From positions 576,001 through 640,000 of the forward strand of contig JASGJH010000001.1 in NCBI GenBank assembly GCA_047601445.1: 64,000 nt of DNA, written 5' to 3'. This DNA comes from Myxococcales bacterium. GTDB lineage: Bacteria > Myxococcota_A > Polyangia > Polyangiales > DASUME01. Within the stretch, counting starts at the first letter, position 1, and each line of letters starts with the position of its first letter. The position numbers and the translations under genes were made by a program. Below are positions 57,740-64,000 of the stretch, one piece after another. The notes under the pieces were generated by a model. It saw only the letters and a list, made by a program, of their open reading frames with translations. It made no database searches and was not told where the DNA came from.

Positions 57740-58354
57740 TCAGGCGAGCAGGGGAGGCAACTTGATCTGCAGGCGCAGGGCGCCGTCGACCACGCCGATG
57801 CCCGCCAGATCCAACATGTCGAAAAGCTGAGACAGCCCCTTCTTGTGCGCGGCACGCACGGCGGGCACGCTGCGCAGGTCCACGCGCACTTCCGAGCCGT
57901 CGCGCTCCGCAATGGCGTCGAAGCTCGGGTTCAGGATGCGCCCGAAGAATGGAGCCCACAGCGCGTGGGCGATCAACGCCGCGATGGCGCCCACCAGGTC
58001 GCGTGTGCGGGCGCGTCCAGCCATTTGCTCGGGCTCCACCCGGAACAGCACTTCCTTGGCCCCGCGTGGAGCGAAGCGCGCCCCGACGGGTGCGACGCTG
58101 ATCTGCACGCTCTCGCCGTCCTCGAAGGTGGCCTCGATCCAGATGCGTTCGTCGCGACAGACGGCGCTCGCCTCGCGCACCGACTCCACGCGCGTCAGGG
58201 CCTTGGTGATCTGGCGGTCGGACACCGAGGAGGCCTGCAAGACCGCTTCGCGAATCAGCTTCTGCAGGTTGGCCAGGGGCAATCCCAGGCGCTTGCCCGC
58301 GCCCTCGGCAAAACCACGCACCAAGCTACGCAAGAAATCCGAGCGGTCACCCAT
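57740..58354 (-). CDS. Hypothetical protein
   Basis: 204-aa ORF with typical codon bias, tightly packed between the radical SAM gene and ilvA. Confidence 0.65.
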   Translation of the reverse strand: MGDRSDFLRSLVRGFAEGAGKRLGLPLANLQKLIREAVLQASSVSDRQITKALTRVESVREASAVCRDERIWIEATFEDGESVQISVAPVGARFAPRGAKEVLFRVEPEQMAGRARTRDLVGAIAALIAHALWAPFFGRILNPSFDAIAERDGSEVRVDLRSVPAVRAAHKKGLSQLFDMLDLAGIGVVDGALRLQIKLPPLLA

Positions 58355-58357
58355 GAT

Positions 58358-61300
58358 TCATTCTCCAGTGCTGGCGCCCGTGCTTGCGTCCATGGCGAGC
58401 GGTCGTGCGTCCTGCGCCTCGTCCGCATCGAGAGCGCCAGTGTCGTCGTGGGAGTGCGAGGGCTGGGTGGCGCGCAACGCGTCGAGCTGCATCGGTGCGA
58501 GCTCGGCCTTGCCCAGGAACATGCGCACTAGTCGCGCGGGGATCTCCGCGTCACCCAGCAGGACCTCGAGCACCTCGCTGGGGCGCGCGCCGCCCTGGCC
58601 GGTCATGTGGACCGTGAAGGTGAAGGGCAACAGGTCGCCCCCGATACCCGCCTGCGAGAGCGCCTCCGCACCGGCTCCGACCTGCACCTCACGGAGGTAC
58701 TGGCTCACCGAGACGGTCCGCTTGATGCCCTTGGCATCGCGCACCACGGACATCGGCCCCTGTCGCCGCTGCTCGATGTGAGCACGCAAGCCCTCTGCGT
58801 CCGTGACGCCGAGCGCCTCCAGGGCCGCGCGCGGCAAGCCGACCGCGTAGCGCGCGTTGTCGATTACCTTCCCGATGCCTGCGTCGTTGGGGCCCAGGAT
58901 GGCGGCGTCGGTGAACAGGATGCTCTCGAGGCTGGCACCCAACAGGCGCTCGCGGATGGCGCGCTCGTCGAGGCCGGGCGTTTCGATGAGCTTCACGTCC
59001 ACATACTCGGTGTGGCTCGCCACGCCGAGCGGCAGCGCAGGACCAAAGGTCATCTCGGGCTTGGGATGGAAGCCCTGCGAGTAGTACATGGGCAGGTCGA
59101 GCCGACGGAAAATCCGCGGCAACAGCCGCACCAGGTCCAGGTGACCTCGGAAGACCGCGCGCCCCAGCTTCGTGTAGGCGATGCGCACGCGTACGGGCTT
59201 ACCCTGATCGAAGTTCGCCGTGGGCTGACGCTTGGGGGCTCGCTTGAGCCGCTCGGCGGCCTCACCGTTGGCCTTGACGACCTGCACGTTGGGCGCCGCC
59301 TCCGTGCTGACCTGCGCGTCCGACATGGCTTCGTCGGCCGCCACTTCGAGCGTGGGACTCTCCTGCTCCGCGTGCGTCGGCTCCGACTCGGTCGGCCCAT
59401 CCATGCTGAGCGCGAGCTCGGCGTCCAAAGGGAGGGGCACGGCCGTGGGCTTGGTCTTCTTGGTCAGCGCGCCGAGCTTCACCAGGAAGTCCCTGCGCTC
59501 GGTCCGCATCTGGCCGAGGTCACAGGCGACGCCGCAGTTGTAACAAACGAACTTCTTGGCATCGGCGTCGTGCTCTTCGAGGTTCGTGTGGTGCACGAAG
59601 TTGCCGACGGCCTTGCCGCAGGGCGGGCTCAAGCGGTTCTTGAGCGCCTTCCGGTACTCCTTGGCCAGGAACCCTTGCTCGAGCCCCACGTCGATGTGAT
59701 CCCAGGGCAGCTTGGCGCTGGTGGGGATGGTGCCGAGGAAGCGGCCCGTGTCGATGCCGTAGTGCTCGAACGCCTCCACCCAGAGCGGCAGCTTGAGCTG
59801 ATCCTCCCAGCAATCGAAGCGGGCCCCGTTGTGGTACGCGCGCTCGATGGCGTCGCACAGCGTGCGATCACCACGCGCCAGCACACCCTCGAGCCACGAG
59901 CCCTCCGAGTCGTGCATGCGCAGCTTCACCTTGGTCTGTCGCGCCACGTCGCGCAGCACGCGCTGCTTGCCGAGCACCGTCTCGCGCGTGTCCATGGCGC
60001 ACCACTGAAACGGCGTGTGCGGCTTGGGCACGAAGGTGCTCACGCTCACGGTGACCTCGGGCGAGCGGCCCTTCTGAGCACGACGTCCGATGTTGCGGGC
60101 GCGGGCCCCCGTCTCGACGATGCCGCGCACGTCCTCGGCTTCCTCGGTGGGCAGGCCGATCATGAAATAGAGCTTCATCTTGGACCAACCGCGAGAGAAC
60201 ACGCGCTCGGCGGTCTCCATCAGCTGCTCCTCGGTGACGTTCTTGTTCACCACGTCGCGCATGCGCTGGCTGCCGGCCTCGGGCGCGAAGGTGAGGCCCG
60301 TCGCGCGTACCTTCTGGATCTCGTCGAGTAGCTCTTCGGTCAGACCGTAGGCGCGTAGCGAGGACACGGAGAGCGACACGCGCTCCTTCTCGAGCTTGCT
60401 CATCACCTCCCGCACGAGCGGCGAGATGGCGCTGTAGTCGGCGGTCGAGAGGCTGGTGAGCGAGGCCTCGTCGTAGCCACCCTCGCGCACCGCACTGAGG
60501 ATGGTCTGCACGATCTCCTTGGGATCGCGCTCGCGCACCGGGCGATAGATCATGCCTGCCTGACAGAACCGGCAGCCCTCCGTACAGCCGCGGGCGATCT
60601 CCACCGACACGCGGTCGAACACGGTCTCGGTGTTGGCCACCGGACCGTCCGAGGGGAACGGATACTTGCTGATGTTCGGCAAGAAGGAGCGCTTGACCGG
60701 CAGGGGCAGCTCGGGATCGGACTTGGAAGTCACGTAGAAGAGCTGGCTCTCCGCGTCCTGTTCCACCTCGTAGAGCGAGGGCACGTACACGCCGCCGAGC
60801 TTGGCCAGCTGTCGCAGGCGTTCTGCCCGCGGCACGCCAGCTCGCTTGAGCGCGCTCCAGGTGAGCATGACCTCGGGGGTCTTCTCTTCGCCATCGCCGA
60901 TCACGAAGGCGTCGATGAATGCGCTCAAGGGCTCGGGGTGCGTGGCGTTGGGGCCGCCAGCGATGATCAGAGGGTCGTCCTCGCCGCGGGCGCTCGAGCG
61001 CAGAGGGATGCCACCGGTGTCGAGCATCAGCAGGATGTTGGAGAAGGCGAGCTCGAACTGCAGCGAGAAGCCCACCACGTCGAAGTCGCGCAGGGCATGG
61101 AAGCTCTCGAGCGAACGCAGCGGTTCGTTGCGGGCCCGGAGTTCTGCCTCCATGTCTCCCCAGGGCGCGTAGCAGCGCTCGGCGAGCAACTTCGGGTGCG
61201 CGTTGACGATGGAGTAGAGGATTCTGAAGCCCAGGTGGCTCATGCCGACGTCGTAGACATCGGGGAAAGCCAGACACAGCCGGCTCTCGGCGGCTTGCCA

Positions 61301-61402
61301 GTCCTTCACCACCTCGCCGTGTTCGCCCCCCAGGTAGCGCGAGGGTTTGGACACGCGCTGGATGAAGGATGCGTAGGGATGCTCGCGAAGGGTCTCAGCC
61401 AT
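58358..61402 (-). CDS. TIGR03960-type radical SAM protein fused to a TIGR03936/DUF2344 domain
   Basis: KPSRYLGGE, FPDVYDVGMSHLG, RGCTEGCRFC, FVPKPHTPFQW, LPWDH; HLDL.R..RR..YSQGFHPKP. Confidence 0.9.
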   Translation of the reverse strand: MAETLREHPYASFIQRVSKPSRYLGGEHGEVVKDWQAAESRLCLAFPDVYDVGMSHLGFRILYSIVNAHPKLLAERCYAPWGDMEAELRARNEPLRSLESFHALRDFDVVGFSLQFELAFSNILLMLDTGGIPLRSSARGEDDPLIIAGGPNATHPEPLSAFIDAFVIGDGEEKTPEVMLTWSALKRAGVPRAERLRQLAKLGGVYVPSLYEVEQDAESQLFYVTSKSDPELPLPVKRSFLPNISKYPFPSDGPVANTETVFDRVSVEIARGCTEGCRFCQAGMIYRPVRERDPKEIVQTILSAVREGGYDEASLTSLSTADYSAISPLVREVMSKLEKERVSLSVSSLRAYGLTEELLDEIQKVRATGLTFAPEAGSQRMRDVVNKNVTEEQLMETAERVFSRGWSKMKLYFMIGLPTEEAEDVRGIVETGARARNIGRRAQKGRSPEVTVSVSTFVPKPHTPFQWCAMDTRETVLGKQRVLRDVARQTKVKLRMHDSEGSWLEGVLARGDRTLCDAIERAYHNGARFDCWEDQLKLPLWVEAFEHYGIDTGRFLGTIPTSAKLPWDHIDVGLEQGFLAKEYRKALKNRLSPPCGKAVGNFVHHTNLEEHDADAKKFVCYNCGVACDLGQMRTERRDFLVKLGALTKKTKPTAVPLPLDAELALSMDGPTESEPTHAEQESPTLEVAADEAMSDAQVSTEAAPNVQVVKANGEAAERLKRAPKRQPTANFDQGKPVRVRIAYTKLGRAVFRGHLDLVRLLPRIFRRLDLPMYYSQGFHPKPEMTFGPALPLGVASHTEYVDVKLIETPGLDERAIRERLLGASLESILFTDAAILGPNDAGIGKVIDNARYAVGLPRAALEALGVTDAEGLRAHIEQRRQGPMSVVRDAKGIKRTVSVSQYLREVQVGAGAEALSQAGIGGDLLPFTFTVHMTGQGGARPSEVLEVLLGDAEIPARLVRMFLGKAELAPMQLDALRATQPSHSHDDTGALDADEAQDARPLAMDASTGASTGE

Positions 61403-61530
61403 GAACCAACCTTAAAAGACGGTCGGCAACGCTACCACGGGGGGCGAGCAAGGGCTCATTCAAAGGGGGAAGAGGTGGGTGACGGGAGGGGGAGGGGAGG
61501 AGGGGCGAGCACGAGGACGCGCACGAGCAC

Positions 61531-61567
61531 GAGCACGAGGACGCGCACGCGCACGACTACGGAGACG
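61531..61567. repeat. Left arm of 37-bp inverted repeat (in hexamer tract about 61507-61602)
   Basis: gagcacgaggacgcgcacgcgcacgactacggagacg; complementary to 62743-62779 with 2 mismatches. Confidence 0.9.
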
Positions 61568-61671
61568 CTGACGGCGACATGAAAGTGGACGTCGTCGGCG
61601 ACCGGCCGCAAACCGTCTCGCCCCTTGCCCCGAGTGAGACGGGCGCGTGTGCGGCCAGCCCCGCGGAATTG

Positions 61672-62577
61672 CTAGAAGTAGTACAGGGCGGCGATGCAGC
61701 CTGCGATCGAAGAGCCGAGCGTGCTGCCCTGGGAGGTTGCGAACACCACGCTGGTGCTGTCGAGATCGTAGGAGGACGGAGGTGTGTTCTGGTCGTCGCT
61801 CGGGATCGGCACGTTGGCGCTGGTTTTCTCGATGCGTAGGCGCAGGCCGCCGGTCAGCTGCAGCGCGAAGCCTTCGAGTCCGATGGCGCCCAGCTGCACC
61901 TCGACACCTGCGCGCAGTCCGGCCTCGAACAGCAGGCCCTTGCCGAACACGTCGTTGGCGGTCGCGGCGTCCCCGCGCGGGTCGGTCGCCTTGCTGAAGC
62001 CCATGCCCACGTACGGGATCGCGATCACGTTGTAGTGCTTGCCCCAGACCAGCGCGATGGGGAGGCCCAGGTTCAGCGCAAACGCACGGCTGCTCACATT
62101 CCCCTCGGGTCCTCCCCGGGAGTCCTTGATGCTGCCGCCTCGAAACATGAAGCCCAGGCCGGCCTCGACGCCGAAGCGCTCGCCGATCCAGTAACGCATG
62201 CCGAGGATCGGTGCGGTCAGCACGGAGTCCACGGTGCGGGTGTCGCCGCGGAAGGTGCCCACGGGGACCTCCGCCAGGCCCAAGAGGCCGATGCCGACCT
62301 TGCCCACCACGGCCTCGTGATCGGACTCGCTCGAGGCCTCCTCACGCTTGATGGCGCCGCCCGCGGTCTCCCACTCCGAGCCACTGGTCGAGGTGCCTTC
62401 GCTGGTCGATCCCGATGCCGAGCCGGAGACGCCCCAGGTGTTCGGAGCAGGCTTGGCTGGTTCTTCGGTGGCGCCGACGTCGCCAGCCTCGGGGTCTTCG
62501 TCCTGCGCCCATGCCGAGCCGGGGACGGCCAAGCTGAGGCAGAGCAGCAAGGTAGGGGCCAGGCGGAACGACGACAT
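61672..62577 (-). CDS. Hypothetical outer-membrane beta-barrel-like protein
   Basis: Signal peptide (SAWA-Q), acidic linker, amphipathic strands (GMRYW, FGVEAGLG, FEAGLRAGVEV), C-terminal YYF. Confidence 0.65.
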   Translation of the reverse strand: MSSFRLAPTLLLCLSLAVPGSAWAQDEDPEAGDVGATEEPAKPAPNTWGVSGSASGSTSEGTSTSGSEWETAGGAIKREEASSESDHEAVVGKVGIGLLGLAEVPVGTFRGDTRTVDSVLTAPILGMRYWIGERFGVEAGLGFMFRGGSIKDSRGGPEGNVSSRAFALNLGLPIALVWGKHYNVIAIPYVGMGFSKATDPRGDAATANDVFGKGLLFEAGLRAGVEVQLGAIGLEGFALQLTGGLRLRIEKTSANVPIPSDDQNTPPSSYDLDSTSVVFATSQGSTLGSSIAGCIAALYYF

Positions 62578-62742
62578 CGAACGGGACCTCCGGGTGAAGG
62601 CAGCACCTATCACAGGGGCAAGGCCGCTGGCTAGAAGCGAAGAGTGACGGATAGTTGCTGGTGGCGTGCCCGCGTGGGCTCGTGGGCGGCGGGTCAATGG
62701 CGGGGACGGCCAGGTCCACGTCGCCGTCGCGGTCAATGTCCA

Positions 62743-62779
62743 CGTCTACGTAGTCGTGCGCGTGCGCGTCCTCGTCCTC
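62743..62779. repeat. Right arm of 37-bp inverted repeat (in hexamer tract about 62713-62779)
   Basis: cgtctacgtagtcgtgcgcgtgcgcgtcctcgtcctc. Confidence 0.9.
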
Positions 62780-62853
62780 TGGTGGCCGCGCCCGCGCCCG
62801 GCCGGTTCTCCTCCCTCACTCCCGCTTGTCCCATCCCGGGGGCCGGCGTATGT

Positions 62854-62878
62854 TTCAAAAAATTTTGAACGCTTCAAA
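62854..62878. promoter_or_regulatory. Overlapping AT-rich dyads, candidate operator
   Basis: TTCAAAA-aa-TTTTGAA (62854-62869) and TTTGAA-cgc-TTCAAA (62864-62878) between divergent genes. Confidence 0.4.
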
Positions 62879-62929
62879 CGGTAGGCCGGTACCGCACATC
62901 CGGCCTCCTGCGCGGCGCGGAGCGATGGC

Positions 62930-63658
62930 GTGGCCAACTTGATCGCAGAAGTGGGTGCCCGAGGGGCCGAATCGAACGAGCACGCGGTGGCGGTGCGCTC
63001 GATGTTCGACCGTATTTCGCCCACCTATGACCTGCTCAACCGCCTGCTCTCCGCGGGCATCGATCGCCGCTGGCGCCAGCGCGCCCTGACCCTGCTCGCG
63101 GAGCGCCTCCCGGCCGGTCCGCTGCTCGACTCCTGCGCGGGCACCCTGGATCTGGCGCAGGCCATGGAAGCCCATTTCCCTGGCCGCCCCATGCTGGCCG
63201 CCGACTTCGCGCGCGAGATGCTGGTGCGGGGCCGCAGCAAGTTGTCCCCACGCGTCCCGGTGACCGTGGGCGACGCCATGCGCCTGCCCGTGCAGAGCGG
63301 CGTGCTCGCGGGCATGACCTGCGCCTTCGGCATGCGAAACCTCTCGGAGCCGCGTGCCGGCATCGCCGAGGCCTACCGGGTGCTCAAGCCCGGCGGCGTC
63401 TTCGTCGTGCTGGAGTTCTATCGGCCTTCGACCCTGGTGATGAAGCTTTTCCACGCGGTGTACGCGCGCTTCGTCCTGCCCACGGTGGGCTTCATGGTGT
63501 CGCGAGATCGCGAGGCCTACGCCTATTTGGCCCGCTCGATGAAGGGCTTCTACTCCCGCGAGGAGTTCGAGGCGCTCGGTCGTGACGTCGGCTTCTCCGA
63601 GGTCTCCGGCGAAGAGCTCACGCTCGGCATCGCCTCGCTCGTACGGATGGTGAAGTGA
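62930..63658 (+). CDS. ubiE: UbiE/MenG quinone biosynthesis methyltransferase
   Basis: VRSMFDRISPTYDLLNRLLSAGID..WR, CAGTLD, AFGMRN, RVLKPGG, AYAYLARS. Confidence 0.9.
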   Translation: MANLIAEVGARGAESNEHAVAVRSMFDRISPTYDLLNRLLSAGIDRRWRQRALTLLAERLPAGPLLDSCAGTLDLAQAMEAHFPGRPMLAADFAREMLVRGRSKLSPRVPVTVGDAMRLPVQSGVLAGMTCAFGMRNLSEPRAGIAEAYRVLKPGGVFVVLEFYRPSTLVMKLFHAVYARFVLPTVGFMVSRDREAYAYLARSMKGFYSREEFEALGRDVGFSEVSGEELTLGIASLVRMVK

Positions 63659-64000
63659 CCCAGGCGGACCCACGCAGCAGTGCGTCCTCGGCCCCACGTC
63701 GCGTCGTGGTGGGCATCAGCGGCGCGTCCGGAGCGCCCTATGCCAAGCGCCTGCTCGAGGTGCTGCACGCCGAGACCCTGAGGGGGGGCGTTGCGGTGAG
63801 CGTGGTGCTCTCGAACACGGCCGAGGAGGTCTGGTCCCACGAGTGCGAGGGCAGCGTGAGAGATCTCGGGCCTACCCGTGTACGGCGGCCGCGACTACGG
63901 CGCGCCCTTCGCGAGCGGCTCCTCGGCGCCCGACGCCATGGTGATCATCCCGGCCTCCATGTCCACCGTCGCCCGTGTGGCCCAGGGCATCAGCGACAAC
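63655..64000 (+). CDS. ubiX: UbiX-family flavin prenyltransferase, 3'-partial, apparent frameshift near 63870
   Basis: VVVGISGASGAPYA in the GTG-63655 frame; APFASGS..DAMVIIPASMSTVARVAQGISDN continues in the +1 frame. Confidence 0.85.
   Translation, partial: MTQADPRSSASSAPRRVVVGISGASGAPYAKRLLEVLHAETLRGGVAVSVVLSNTAEEVWSHECEGSVRDLGPTRVRRPRLRRALRERLLGARRHGDHPGLHVHRRPCGPGHQRQ

Noticed and set aside
61440..62840. Calling the inverted-repeat cassette an IS or transposon
   Set aside because: No transposase and no target-site duplication seen; kept only as a repeat-bounded cassette hypothesis.

Overview
GC-rich bacterial chromosomal window. Gene content (AgmX/TonB-C-like, PEGA, FecR/ECF clusters, Cys-rich lipoproteins) points to Myxococcota, probably Polyangiales-like (inference). 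About 52 densely packed CDSs: HlyD/ABC/TetR efflux operon, GH18-deacetylase-GT2 fusion, two ECF sigma modules, thiS-thiG-thiE, mlaEF, an orphan Dam-family methylase, folB-cupin plus SDR, cysD-cysN(C), a thioester alpha-2-macroglobulin, a BKACE enzyme, mrfAB-like repair genes, pyrD, glycosyltransferases, ilvA, a radical SAM fusion, ubiE and a partial ubiX. No rRNA, tRNA, CRISPR array, transposase or integrase was recognised. Main oddities: (1) a family of hexamer-periodic inverted repeats, one pair (37 bp, 2 mismatches) enclosing a single outer-membrane gene and one 'empty' copy with the same 20-bp core 44 kb away; (2) three intact but apparently catalytically dead enzyme homologues (PurL, glucokinase, the CysC domain); (3) an alpha-2-macroglobulin carrying a GspG-pseudopilin-like insert, in an ECF/FecR cluster that shares an upstream motif; (4) candidate FadR-like and LexA-like operators. 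Two frameshifts are probably sequencing errors. All family calls come from motif recognition by eye, not database searches.
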